A stretch of DNA of 58,165 nt, filler included, from Circinaria calcarea (GCA_051942165.1; 8 parts of 8 records of this genome joined end to end with filler, not necessarily neighbours in it), one strand, 5' to 3'; positions 25,101 through 38,226 are shown, counted from the first letter of the whole stretch. Notes: generated by a model from the letters alone, not told the origin. Program-made: numbers and translations.

Positions 25101-27719
25101 CCCAGAGGAGGAAGTGTTAGCATGTCTGTGCTTCTTCCCCTTCTTCTTTTGCTTCGATGGACCTTGGTCTGGGTAGCCATTGTAGCCGCCAAGCTGCGAT
25201 CCATAGAGCGAGCCAAGAAGGCCTGGGGCAGGGGTTGAGGTGGAGGTCATGGGCTTTGGCAAGAAAGAAGGGAACATAAACTCACGCTTTCCACTCTCCG
25301 ATCCAAGGCCGTTACCCACTCCTCCTCTATCTCGAATCATCTCACGCATAAGATCGTCGTTTCGGTTCTTGCTAACGAGGCTGCCGTTTCCATAATTCAG
25401 ACTACCGCCCATTGCACTTGCAAACCCATGACCTTGACCAAACATGCCCCCACCGCTGATGGGTGGCGTCCCACTGGATTTCAGTCCAGGTGGAGGACCT
25501 TGCACTCCACTGTAGAAATTAGTGTGCAAAGCCGGCTGCTGCTGGGATTGAGACGAATACGGCTTCTGCTGGCTGATAGGCATTATGGTTGCCTGCTGGG
25601 CCAGCAGCTGCGCATTGGTCGCAGGCTTCACTGCTGCGGAGGCTGATGCAGAATCATTGGCGAAAGTATACCTTGAAGAATGCCTTGCGTGTCCTGACAT
25701 AAGGTTGAGATGTTGATTCTGTGCTTGGAAGGGATTTGATAATTGTGGTTGATGCTGGCTGGTATTTCCACTGGGCCCTTTCTGGAATTGCTCGAAGATC
25801 GGCTCGTGTCGCTGATTATTAGATCTCAACAACGAAATTTGCTGTTGTTGCTGTGGGGTCAAGCTTCGATTGTTGAATGGTAGGAAATCATTTGCCATGC
25901 TCGCTTGTCCATAGAATGGGAGAGGATTCTTTTGGCCTGAATGAGAAGTAGGATCAATTTGGATGTCTTGCGTCTCTGGCTCGCCGCCAAGCTGTAAGCT
26001 TCCACTTGCAAGGTTGTCATCCTCCTCAGCTGCAGATATGGCTTGGAGTATGTTACGTTCCTCCTCTTCTTTCGAACGTTCACGTTCCTGCTGCAGCTTC
26101 AATGCATAGCGGATAGCTCCACCATTGGGGTCAATCAACGAAGGATAGTTGTCGATCAGGCTTAGAGTATCTTCATCGTACAAGCTCCGATCCAGAGACC
26201 AACCGAAATTAGAATCAACCACAGCCTTGACAGCCCGCTCGAGCGCAACTGGCAGAGGTCGTCCGTCTGATTCTTCCACGCTTTTCAATGGACTGAGGGC
26301 GTTAACACGCGTATCCTGGCTTTGGGCCTCTGACACATTTTCTGCATTTGAGTTTGGATTATCGCTTGTGACACGCTGATCTGAAGTCTGAGGTGCGGGG
26401 CTAAAATTTGTGGATTTTGGACTTAATGAGGACCGGCTTGCCACTTGACTGGATCTTCTGCTCTGTTGTGTCTGAAGGGTTTTGGCCCAATTGGCCGTTG
26501 TGGGAAGAGCAGAACCATCGCCACTATCACTTCGACTCATAGGCTCATCTTTACTTGGTTGGCGTACCGAAGAATGAACTGCTGCGGCTACACTCTGCGG
26601 AGCTTGTTGCGGTGGAGGTTGCGGTTGAGGTGGCTGAGGGTGATGAGTCGGCTTTACCGATGATGTGGGCGCAGTAGATACTTTTGCAGGTCGTTGCGTG
26701 GAGGCTGCGTTCATCGAGGACAAGTCTTGACGGCTGAAGCTGTCGTTATCTTCACCGGTTTCATGAAGAAACATGCAGCCACGATTGTTGCACACTTCAT
26801 GGCGAAGATATGCAGAGCAATATTTGGTTGTCCCAAATTGGGCCCTATACACGATTAGTTTGTGATACGGGCACCTGATTGGTCGGGTTTCCCTTATTAC
26901 CTTAATACCCGGTCTCCGTTTTGTGAACCATCTACAGCAGCGATGCAGCTTTCGGCATCCTCTTTCCTCGCAAAAGTAACGTATACGCCTATCGAGTGGT
27001 TGCCTCCCGAGCCTTCTTTTGCTTTGCTGACCACAATCTTGATGATCTTGCCGTATTGTCCAAAATATTGATCCCCGCGAAGGGTCTGTAGCAAATCTTC
27101 CTCCCGAATCTTAGGATTCAAACCAACAACGTATACGAGATTCTTTTGCACCACACGCAGCCCAGCGAGATGTTTCCGACTCAGTGCTTCCACTTGCCGC
27201 CGCTCAGCCTCTTTCTTCCGAGCAGCTTCCTTTTTGCGTGCTTGTAGTGCTACGTCGGCTTTGAACCTGCCCCAGCTCAGTATGATCCCTATTCGTTGTA
27301 TGGTTAAATATTAGCTTACTCTTCCGGGCTGACGACTTTCCACTCTATGGTCTTTTCGTCATATACCCTTCGACATGCTGGGCATAGTCCGTTCAAATTG
27401 TTCTTAATGTTGTTGTAGCAAAACTGGCACACCTATAGGAAAGCGAATTCGTAAGTTAAGTTGTGACTAACAGAACGACAATAGATAGAACATGGACTCC
27501 AAAGCCAATATGGAGGTTGACAACGTACTTGATATCCGCATGGGCAGGGCCTAAAGTTCTTGTCGGAAAGGTCAAACTCTTCGACACAGAGGGGGCTTTG
27601 CAACAGAAGTCAGCGTGCACTCCAGATGCAAATCATAGGCGTAATCTTTGACCGTTTAGGACATACCATGCATCATCACTATCATCCATAAAAGTATCTT
27701 GCTGAACGCGACTCGCCAT
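22153..27719 (-). CDS. NOT4: CCR4-NOT E3 ubiquitin ligase Not4/Mot2 (RING, RRM, C3H zinc finger); long isoform ~1541 aa, short isoform ~832 aa ending at 24945
   Basis: Exons 27667-27719, 27529-27595, 27320-27432, 26901-27266 and 26844 downward: CPLCVEEFDLSDKNFRPCPCGYQVCQFC...CPACRR (C4C4 RING), RVVQKNLVYVVGL...FGQYGKI (RRM), GTTKYCSAYL...CMFLHE. An optional intron at 24336-25000 joins ORF 22153-24228 in frame. Confidence 0.93.
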
Positions 27720-28111
27720 CGTGAAGGGCGAATCGCTGGTGTGTTGATGGTAGTAATGCGAAGTGAAGGGAGAAAGATATTACAAAGATGTAATAGCATC
27801 AAGAGGCGCACGAGGGGATGACGAACAAAAAAGCACCGCGCTATGCGTAGTAATACAGAAGGGAGTGAATGTGAGTTGAATGTCGTCGATGCGGTGTCTG
27901 TCGAAAGAAGGGTGTTGAAGACCTCATATGGATCCATGGCGTGCTCAAAAGTACCGAGTACGGTTTTGTGTTGTCTACGGAGTTGGACGGCGGCCGGGGC
28001 GCCAATCAGCGAAAGGACCCTTGGAATACCGACGTCAGTAAATATCTGTCTTGCCGTAGTACATAGGCAACATTGGACTATCAGAAAGTTGGCCTTGCCA
28101 GCGCCCTTAAG

Positions 28112-29084
28112 ATGGCAACGAAATTCACCGTCACCAATCCGTTGAGGAGTTCCTTGCGCTCAGTCGGCCGTCAATGCCATCAGCCAGCTATACGCCAATT
28201 CAGATCTACCGCACTCCTATCCAAAGATGTTGCATCCCAGGAAAACACGCCCAATATGCGCCATGCACAACGACCACGTAGGTTCCTTTCTTGCGTACAA
28301 TCTATCTTGGTAAATTCCCCTTGCTGAGCTTTTCCCCCTCCCTCTATAGCTGGCGGTAAACTCTACGCCCCCGTCGTCAATCCCGCAGACAAGTACGCCG
28401 AAAAATCCGTCTCCCTCCACACATACGGGCAATACCTCCTCTCCTGCCTCCCCAAATACATTCAGCAGTTCTCTGTTTGGAAGGACGAGCTTTGCATCTA
28501 CATCGCTCCCTCGGGCGTCATCCCCGTAATCTCCTTTCTCAAATACCACACCGCGGCCGAATACACCATGGTCGCCGATATCACCGCCGTCGATTACCCG
28601 ACCCGATCCCAACGGTTCGAAATTGTTTACAACCTTCTTTCCGTCCGGTACAACAGTCGAATACGGGTCAAGACGTATGCGGATGAGGCGACGCCCGTCC
28701 CATCGATAACCTCCCTCTATGACGGCGCGAACTGGTACGAGCGGGAAGTCTACGACCTCTTTGGCGTCTTCTTTGTCGGACACCCTGACCTCCGGAGAAT
28801 CATGACGGATTACGGATTCGACGGACACCCGCTGCGGAAAGATTTCCCATTGACAGGGTATACGGAGATCCGTTATGACGAGGAGAAGAAGCGGATAGTA
28901 GTCGAGCCTTTAGAGTTGACGCAGGCATTCCGGAATTTTGAGGGCGGAACAGGTACTTCTTCCGTCTCCCCCCTCTCCCCCCCTCCCTTACTTGCCATCC
29001 TTTTTTACTAATTAACTTCCACAGCGGCCTGGGAACAAGTCGGCCCTGGTAGAGATAGAAAACCCGATCAAGTACGTTCCCAAC
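28112..29084 (+). CDS. NDUFS3: NADH:ubiquinone oxidoreductase 30-kDa subunit (NDUFS3/NuoC-like), 3'-truncated
   Basis: Arg-rich mitochondrial-presequence-like start [88 protein letters not shown]; three introns visible. Confidence 0.96.
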
Positions 29085-29184
29085 NNNNNNNNNNNNNNNN
29101 NNNNNNNNNNNNNNNNNNNNNNNNNNNNTTAATTAATTAANNNNNNNNNNNNNNNNNNNNNNNNNNNNNNNNNNNNNNNNNNNN
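29085..29184. other. Artificial contig linker
   Basis: N44-TTAATTAATTAA-N44. Confidence 0.98.
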
Positions 29185-30160
29185 ACCCCCCGATTTCGGA
29201 ATCCAGGGGAATAATTGGTAAAACTGTCCAGTATCCATGGAGCTTAAGCGTGCTAGGGGAGCTAGGAGCATTACCCTCGTCAGGATGCCGTCGTCGGATA
29301 TATAAAGCACTGTGCGTTTCTTAACTAACCCAATTTGCCGGCTAGATCATCCCGTTCTGACATATATATATAGTTTTATTGCAAGGCAAGCCGGTAGGGG
29401 CACCCGGACTTAGAGCTTCCTCGAGGTGGATCCGACGTAAGCCGAAAAGTCTAATGACAGACAATAAAAAAATTTACCGACAGGCCAGGGGCGGAGAGAG
29501 AGGGGTGGACGACAGGCGCTTGATCTGTGAACCGTTGGCGGAGGGGCTAATGGCTGCAGGTTGTCCTCCCCATTGCGGCATCACGCGTGCCTCGCCCTCT
29601 TTCGGGTGGACTGATGTTTATAAGGCTTCCGATTTATTCCGAACAATGGGGTTGCTCAGACCCCGGTTTAAGAAACCTAATCTCCCCAGCCGTACCAGAT
29701 GCTTAGGGTAATTTCTAGCTTTGCTGGGAAAGAAGTCGACGATACCTGGGAAGAGGGATATGAATTACCACAATAGGTGGAAAATCCCAAGACGATCTTA
29801 TGGCAAGGATTTTATCTTCTTCTACTTCTCAGGCTGATCTTTCGGCCCTTTTAATCTGTCGAGCCTCGAATGACTGGGAGATTGATATCGTCATTGATCT
29901 CAAACAAAAAGATCCGGAGATCTCTTCAACGTAGATAATCTTCGGGATAGTTTTTCCCCCCGAATCGATGTTATCCATTTTCCTAAGAGTATATCTAGAT
30001 ATAAGACTGCCTGCATCGACAAGATCTGTCGAAGTCCGCAGGAAAAAAGGGCTTCGGGAGGTCAATATGCCATCGTACCTGTGAACGTCAGATCTCAAAA
30101 TCGCGAGGCTTCTCCTTAGTTGAAGGCCTTTCTAGATAGTAAGCTGTTTGCAGTATTGCC

Positions 30161-31375
30161 CTAGTACGCATTTATCTCTCTGCTCTTTATTGAATAGGAC
30201 GAGGACGAGGATGGTCTGACGATAACGATAGGGAGGAGTAGGCGTGGAGGGAGAGGTGAGGGGCGAGGGAGGAGATTATCGAGCTTGTCGTTCAGTCGCA
30301 GACAGGTAATATGATGCAAATCCGAGCTGGTGATAAATAATACCTCCTTCACTCCCCTTGTAGTACTCATAATAACTTTGGAGTATATTCCGAATTCTTC
30401 TCATAGTGCCTTAAGAGAGACTGAGAGGTAACGTACTGCTTGTCACATCCTTCATGACATATATACCGTCTATCGCCTGTCAAACAATAGTATCCATATC
30501 GATGCCCCGCAACAAACCTGCCAGCAAAAGCCAAAGGGCGGCTGGATATGAAGGAGGCTGTCTCCATGTATAGTCTATCCCTCCGCAAGAAGCGCTGCGG
30601 CCTCCATGCCTGACTCTACTCCTCTTCCAAAACCGGTGGTAAGGCCTGCGTTTATGCTGGACTTTCTTAAGATTATCATCTTTGCTGACGGCGTCCTCCC
30701 CAATGATATAGCATTAGGAGTGGCCTTTTTCTCCCCGAATAGCTTGTTGGCTTGATGATCTGGGAGCAGCCAAAGACCATTAGGCCCCCTGCGGCAGTGG
30801 TAATCCGCATGGGGGGAGGGCTAGACGGGCGGACCAAATGAACGCCCTAGTCGGGCACTTTGTCATCCTAACTAGCCGCTTCCTGAGCTTTCGACCTTCA
30901 CCACGATCTGCGAGTAGAATAAGAGTTGGTATAATTCCTTTATATTGGGTCATGCCTCCTTGTTGAAAAGATTTCTTGACGTCCATTGCGACCTTTCATT
31001 TTCCCTACAACCCCGAAGCCATTGAGTCTCGCCTTAGCCCATTTGTCCAGAATCAAACCTACTTCCTCCTCTTCAAAAAGATCACGTAGAGCTTTAATGC
31101 TCGGTAGGTTCAAATATCCTGCTGTCTGTCTTGCGTCGTTGATTATGTCATCTCTGATCAACCTAACGCCACGGGGGTTGGTTATCACCGCGACTTGTCC
31201 GGCGGTATGATCTTTCATGGCTTTTTTCCGCGTGAGCCTGGGTCTTTACCTTTTTGGAAGAAGACTTAGGGACAGCCGACTTAGGGTCAGATTTGCTCTC
31301 TTTCTGGCGTCGCGTGCTCGGGTCGCTGTCGTTGCCGTCATTTCCTTCGTCTCTCGTTCGCTTTTTCAACGGCAT
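30161..31375 (-). pseudogene. Frameshifted/degenerate gene of unknown family with a C2H2-like zinc-finger remnant
   Basis: Overlapping same-strand ORFs 31163-31375, 30940-31218, 30780-30986 and 30367-30588 read as one broken protein; YICHEGCDKQYVTSQSLLRHYEKN has C2H2 spacing but lacks the last His. Confidence 0.45.
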
Positions 31376-32150
31376 ACCTAATATATATTAGTAACCGAGC
31401 CGACTTTTATAGACCGTATCAAAATCATAATGAACAATCGACGGGAAATTTAGCAAGTAGTGCTCGAAATCCTCATACCGAAGGTATCCCCATACCCAGT
31501 CCTTTGGACAAGCTAGGCATAAGCCAGAGAATCAGACACGTCGCTAGGGCTGGGAAAAAAAAGTTCACTATAAACCGCCAGGGCGTCTGGTGCTTCTGTC
31601 CACTTGATCGGATAGAAAGCGCAAGGCCAATAAGTCCAAGGATTCTCGAACCTAGGATATTCTTATTACGATCAGGGATCGCCTCCCGAGTATATCTTGA
31701 GTAAGGAACCACGAGAGGACTTGTCTAAGTACTTTGCAAAACCTCACGTCATTGGCCAGTCACGCTATGCAAAACCCGGCAAGGGTAGCCTTCTAGTGCT
31801 TGCCAGATTACACGGGCAGTGCTGTTAAAATGCTCTGGGAAAGCATTTATAATGAATGAGAGGTCATCTTTTCAAGCGCTGGCCGCTTTGGTAATTTTTA
31901 TATATCCTTGCTGAATTTATTAATGTAAACCCTGTGCTGGCACTGTGGCGTACTAGTCATAAGGAGAGACCTCGATGCTTATATCAGTCCTTGTGAGAGG
32001 GTATTCACCTTCCGGTCGAATCAACCTCATTTGAACCAAACTACTTACATCGTCCGAGTGTCCTTCGTTGTCACGGGGAGCCGCACGTATATGCAAAAAA
32101 TGTGATAAGATTGCTCTTCTATCTAGTACCCGAAGGCCTGCTAAACCGCT

Positions 32151-32176
32151 CCTTCCTTCCTTCCTTCCTTCCTTCC
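32151..32176. repeat. (CCTT)n microsatellite
   Basis: About 6.5 perfect copies. Confidence 0.9.
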
Positions 32177-32251
32177 TCCTCTCCCATAAACAATTCGTCT
32201 TTACCATTTCAGCAAGCGGGGATCCTCGGGGGATCTTGCGTGTCCGAAGCC

Positions 32252-33440
32252 TCAGCAATGGCTGTAGCGTCCTTGCTTGCACTCGTCCTTCCACATCACT
32301 TCGTCAGTAGCTTGAGTGGATGTGTCAATAGGCTTATCAATATCCATATTACCTAAAGGCTTGGAGTCCTTGGCGATTGCCTGTATAGCCGGCGTATCGG
32401 TAGGCTTACCGACATCCATACCACTTGAAGACTGGGAGTCTTCGGCCATTGGAGGGTGGAACAGCGTCACCAGCTGTTGAGGTAGGGGGAGCTTCATCCT
32501 TCTGATCGTCCTCACTATCTTCTTCTGCTTCATCTTGGTGCGAGAAAAGATCTGCCGCATAAACGTTCCGAGGGTACTCATCTGGGACGTGGTGCACAAG
32601 ACTTCGATTCCGAAAGTATGTGATCACCTCGGTGACCCATTTTCGGTCCTTTGGCCTCGCACCATGGTATAGGTCCTTGATGTCAATCATAATATATATG
32701 GCGTCACGGGTTCTGGAGGTAGCAACGTTGACGCGGTTGAGGTACTTGAGGAAACCGATCTGATTGGAAACACAGAGATCCAAAAGCGGGATATCTGCTT
32801 CGCCTCCCTGGATAGAGTCAATCGTGGTGATCTGGACGTCTTCGATAAGCAGCGCCGGGTTGGTTTTGCGTAGTTCCAAGAGTACGCATCGATAAACACG
32901 AATTTGCGCCGTATACCGAGTGAGAATCGCAATATTCTCAGCCTTGACACCATCAAGCGAGACAAGTTTCTCGAGAAGGTCGAGGGTGATCGAAGCCGTG
33001 ATATAGTTGAACGCTGAGGAATTGGGATCTTTCTCCGCATGACTTGTGGCATCAACAATGACGCTAGGGCTTCGCAGTCCGTATTGGTTGAAATTGAACT
33101 CGGCCAACTTTTGAGCCATAAGACGATTCTCTTGAGAAGTACCAGGAGCATTGACCAACGACCCTTGGTAGAAAATCTACGACGTCAAATTCGAAAAGAA
33201 TTCAAACATACGGAATTGTTCCACGAGAAGGATAGACGGGTGACCCAACTTCATCAGGCGTGTGGACAATGGTAACGCCAATTGCTTGATGAAGCCGTTG
33301 TTAAGAGGCTAGCTCTTGATAACAAGATCAAGTTGCTTGGGATCTCCAACAAGGACGATAGGGCATGGTGGATAATTACCAAAAAGGAGCCAGCCCTCAC
33401 ACTCCATTGCACGAGCAGCTTCATCCGGTGCTATCTTGGG
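32252..33440 (-). pseudogene. Superfamily-1 (Upf1/Dna2/Sen1-type, AAA_11/AAA_12) helicase pseudogene fragment
   Basis: One frame reads DEAARAME (motif II), IVLVGDPKQL (III), QFRM, IAILTRYTAQ, TTIDSIQGGEAD (V) and RVNVATSRTR (VI), interrupted by TAG at 33309-33311 and 33177-33179; apparent frameshift in the acidic tail; Walker A not found. Confidence 0.85.
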
Positions 33441-34612
33441 CCTCATGCCACTTTTTGTTATACCACCCCCCTCCTCCCATTATCTCGTTTCCCCACAAGT
33501 TCTTCATCATATATACCCCAATTCCGCCAGATCTCTCTCTTCTTTAGCCCATGGGGAAGTTCCCCCATCTCTTACCCATCATATATACCTTCTTTCTGCC
33601 TTCCAAGGCTTAAGTATTTCATTTACTCCATTCGTCCACTCTCTAGTACCTCTAGAGTGCGGCTATATAATTTATTGGTACGGTTTTCAATGGACGTCCC
33701 TAAGTGATGAGCAAGAGGTCAGATAGCTGCGAAACCCCCTTGTTGAGTTGGTGGGGCCTTTAATAAAGCGGGGATAGTGAGGTAGCTGAGAGTTGAGCCA
33801 TGAACGTTACGGCAGTACTGGGACTGGTACGAGTGAGAGTGTGGCGTTATCCGGTCAGTTGTAATCAGACCATTCTCCCTCCGCGTCTTAAGCGACTTGT
33901 AGAAGGTCCATGCGAAAGTATAAATATTTCAGGGGATGATATGACGATGTATAGTGGTTTCCTATTATGAGTAATGTAGTACACGGAGTACGATATAATA
34001 GGCATGATATATAGAAAGGTAGGAAGTTATGTTCTTACACATAAGCCCTAAGAGATTCCCAAGTAATTAAACGTAAAAGATTGCATGAAGTATGGATGCA
34101 CTCTATCGAATAATCACATAAGTCTGATAGGTCGCCAATCTTACAAGTGGTAAATTGCCGCAATGACAGTAGTAGACCCGGTAGGTTCTGCAACTTAGAT
34201 ATCAAATGTCACAAATATGACAGGTCGGCCGTACCTCACGGGTATCAGCGCCAGAAGGTCAGACGACACGTGCACAGGCATCACTACCTAAGTTAAACAG
34301 AGATTCTTTCCTTTCAAATTCGTAGTAAATGTCCACTTCTGATTCGTATGCCATGTCATGGTGCATGAGTATCTTCCAAAGATATGCTGTCAGTAAAAAT
34401 GGGCGTCATCTATATAGCAGCTGAAAGTCAGGGTATGAAATGAGGTATCATATCTTCTTCTGCTGTACTAGATTTTGGTTGAATTCAAGTCAGTAAACCT
34501 TGTCATTGCATACAGAAAATCCCCAAGAGAACACCGACTGTCCTTGATGGGGGACAAATCATAAACTCGTTGACGTGAATGCACCTTGCCAAATAGTCGT
34601 ATCTATGCCAGT

Positions 34613-36363
34613 CTAGCAAACCGCGTGAGTTTTGCCTGTCCTACCCTGCAAACTGTGCTTCTCGTTGGTGTAGTGCTTGTTGTGGTGCTTTGATTTTGCA
34701 CGTTGAGTCCCCGTTTTTTTCATGTGCAGTGTATGCTGCTCGAGCGTCGTTGCATCCATCTTCTCTAATGTCTCTACGGCCATCTTGATGTCTGCGACCA
34801 ATAAATCACATCTACTCCTGCTAAAATCCTCCCGGACAACAACCCTCATCATTTTTAGATTGCTGGCGTCTGGAGCCATGGTATACGCTGGGACGACCCA
34901 TCCTCGCTCCCTCAGCTGGTGCGCAACAGCAAACTCATCGAAATGGTGCTTCTTCTTCGGATCTAATCGGAATGCTACCAAGGGTAAACCCTTTCCGCCT
35001 GTCTCGCTCATGATGATGAAGCCTAGCTGCTTGAGGGCAGCAGCCAAGTAATCCGACGTCCGAGTAAGGTTCCGCATGATCGACCGGTAGCCATGCTTGC
35101 CCAGGCGAATGAATTGATAGTACTGTCCCAGAACCTGACTCGCGCCTTTGGAGAAGTTGAGCGTAAACGAAGCCTGATCGGCACCGAGGTAATTGATATT
35201 GAAAACAAGTTCCTTGGGTAAGTATTCTGGACTACGCCAGATGACCCAGCCAACACCGGGGTATACAAGACCGTATTTGTGACCAGAGACATTGATCGAG
35301 ATGACCTTCTCTAGACGGAAGTCCCATTCCAAGTCGGGCACGACAAACGGAGCAACGAAGCCCCCACTGTATCAAGTAAGTAGATGAACTGAGGGACGCA
35401 CATAGGTGTTGTACCTGGCAGCATCGACGTGAATTGGGCAGTCAATATTCTTCTCCACTAATAGATCATTGATCTTCTTGGTATCTTCGTAATGTCCAGT
35501 GTAGGTGACTCCGAGGATGGAACAAATTCCGATAGTGTTTTCGTCGACCATATCGACAGCTTGTTCCGGATCGATAACATCTAGGTCACCTTAGTATGCT
35601 AGTATAAATCAAGAATTCGCGTAGAACCGACTTACAGCGCTCCTCTGTACAGTTGATGTACTTCTCCTCAATTTCAAAGTACCGTGCTGCCTTTTCCCAG
35701 CACACTTGGACAGCAGAGCTCATGACAATGTTCGGTTTGGAATAGTCCTGGCCGGCAGCCTTCCGCTTGTTCTGCCAACGCTTCTTCATCGCGAGAGTTG
35801 CAAGCATAATCGCCTCGGATGAGCCGACAGTTGAAGTTCCCATAACGTTCTCATCATCGCTATGCGTCGGAGCGTTGTACAGGCGAGCAATCATGGAGAC
35901 GCAGCGGTTCTGGATATCGGCTGTTTGAGGATATTCTTCGTAATCGATGAAGTTCTTTGGAAGGGATTCGGCCATAAGCTTAAAATATGATCAGTCCAAC
36001 TCAAAGTGTTTAGGTCTTCCAGTGTACCTTTTCAGCTTCCTCTTCCTAGGAACGAATTAGCTCAAAGTCCTCTCCGTCCGATGGGCCAGTACTTACCATG
36101 TAGGTTGTAACGAAGCTGGCTAGATTGAGCACCGGATTCCCGTCCAAACTCAAATGGTCCTTGATCAATCTGTAGGCAATTTCCTTGGGCCTGCCATATG
36201 TCAGGACCCGCCGAGCCGTCAGCGGCAACAAAAGGTATACATTTCTTTCTCGGGGAACTTGTGGTTAGGCATCTCCTCGCCAGCAAACTTAGAGCCATAC
36301 ACCGACTCGGTCACTTCGTCGTCACTTGGTTGGTCAATGTTGATCTTCTCCATGCCCTCGACC
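34613..36363 (-). CDS. GAD1: Glutamate decarboxylase (PLP-dependent group II), 5'-truncated
   Basis: [62 protein letters not shown] and the PLP-lysine motif [18 protein letters not shown]; multiple GT-AG introns including an 18-nt microexon at 36028-36045. Confidence 0.96.
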
Positions 36364-36463
36364 NNNNNNNNNNNNNNNNNNNNNNNNNNNNNNNNNNNNN
36401 NNNNNNNTTAATTAATTAANNNNNNNNNNNNNNNNNNNNNNNNNNNNNNNNNNNNNNNNNNNN
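36364..36463. other. Artificial contig linker
   Basis: N44-TTAATTAATTAA-N44. Confidence 0.98.
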
Positions 36464-38226
36464 TCCACAATGTCCGGTACGAGACCTATGAAACCTTTCT
36501 CCGTGACACAGAGTCGACGACCTTGGACCATTTCCGGGACAACAAAACAAAAGGCGGTAAGTAAAACTTGTGGAACTTGGAAATCTTTGTCAAAGAGCCT
36601 AATCGCTCTCAGATGTTCGATTGGAACACGGAAATCCTCGATGCTGGTACTACCTTCACCTATGGAGGAATGGAAAGCAGAGAGCACGCCAGATCCCTTG
36701 TGAATATTAAGGGTCGTCCGCCGTGACGAGTCGGCTCAAGGCATCCAAGCGCGAGGTAGGGGTTTCTGAATATCTAATAGTAGCAGTCTTGTGGATAATG
36801 TCCAGTGAGTCTACCATCCAAGCACTCCACCATTCGTGCATTGTTCCTGCACGCTGTGAACTAGGTCCGCCAAGCTGAACGACCCTATCAACCAGTATTC
36901 CTCTGATACTGAGCTGTGATGGATCTGGGCCGACATTCACTGGACTGCTCCAATCGCCAGAAGCCGAGAAGGTCCGCAGAATTTGGATCATACCAAGGGC
37001 TTTCAAGTGTTCGATATTCTCAAAGGAGAACTTCGGGTGGCTTTTAGCATAGTCAGCTGACTCTGTTGAAGTAGAAGCAAAACGCCGAAGCTTGGGGAGG
37101 CAAGTCCAATCGGGGCACCAAGAGGGTACCTTTACTCGCATTTGGTGTTTGCCAGCCACCGTGAGTAGCTCAAGGCCTAGACCCCTTGAGATAAAACACC
37201 GGACATAGTCCTGATAGACGGTTTCAGTAGGCAAAGAGTAGTCCGGTTTGGGAATGCCGCTTCTATCTGGTATCAACCACATGAGTGAGTATACCTTATC
37301 CCTGTTGTCGGACGCTTGAAAGTCACGAAAGCTATCAAAGACACGCAAAGGGCTGGACGGGGTCAGTCTCTTCAGATGACGACGTCTTGTTCGGAAGAGT
37401 TTGTCTAGATTTTCCATGTTTCTCTTGACTTCTAGAGTCTGAGCGGAGATGAATGATGTTGAATCAGTCCACCGCTTCTGGAGCAAGCGGAGCAAAGCCT
37501 CCAAAGCACTGAAAGGCATTTGGCCGCGACCGCAAAAGACCTGAATTCTCTCACAGTACGTGGTTTCTTGGATGATCCATGCTCGTGAATGCCATGGACG
37601 GGCGAGTATGTCGAATAAGCCATTCCACTGCTCGGCATGACCCGACGGATCGAGAACTTGCCACAGTGCATTGAGGGACAGCAGGCCTTGAAGGAAGCAC
37701 AGTGCGGGATCGGTATCCTCAGTGGCCTCCCCAAGCCAGACGAGAACACTATCCGGCTGCCTATAAATCCTGGTCATCAATGCGACTTGCCCAGACCTTT
37801 CCGATAAGTTGCACTGGTCAATGCAGATTTGATCAATCCAAAAGATCGGTCCGCTGGCCATACGAAAAACCTTCAAGGCAGAATGAAGGTGTTTGGTGAT
37901 GGCAAAATCGAAACCATCCAGCAAGATGGTATGGTCAGGAACATGATCTCCCCACGTATATGAAATGGCGGCATACTTGATACCGTCGTCGTCGAGAGAT
38001 GCCACGTGGAGGTCGCAGGTTAATGGATCATCTGGTGAGTCTGCGGGATGGACCAGGAGTAGGCGTATGTCACTCGAATTCTGGCGAAGAGGATGGCGAG
38101 CGTATACATTTCCTTCTTCCCAGATGATAGGTCAATCGACGCATGTGGCATGCAGGCAAATGAGAGGACATGTGGTGCATCGGGGACACCGGACTGACCT
38201 GCTTCGTCGTCATCATGGCCAGACAT
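36464..38226 (-). CDS. HET-domain (heterokaryon incompatibility, HET-6-like) protein with an apparent 1-bp frameshift near 36711; 3'-truncated
   Basis: ATG 38226, intron 38116-38198; IRLLLVHP, YAAISYTWG, FWIDQICIDQ, ERSGQVALMTRIY, VLVWLG, WHSRAWIIQE, DNRDKVYSL, PSWCPDW; the conserved-type GRRLCVTEKGFIGLVP motif lies in a different frame (36464-36687). Confidence 0.9.

Noticed and set aside
32252..33440. Helitron assignment for the helicase relic
   Set aside because: The motifs (DEAA, GDPKQL, DSIQGGE, NVATSR) are Upf1-type rather than Pif1-type, and no HUH Rep domain or Helitron termini were seen
34613..38226. GAD1-HET adjacency and other cross-linker 'clusters' (e.g. RPL11-CNT, ADA-NNF1)
   Set aside because: The genes lie on different contigs separated by linkers
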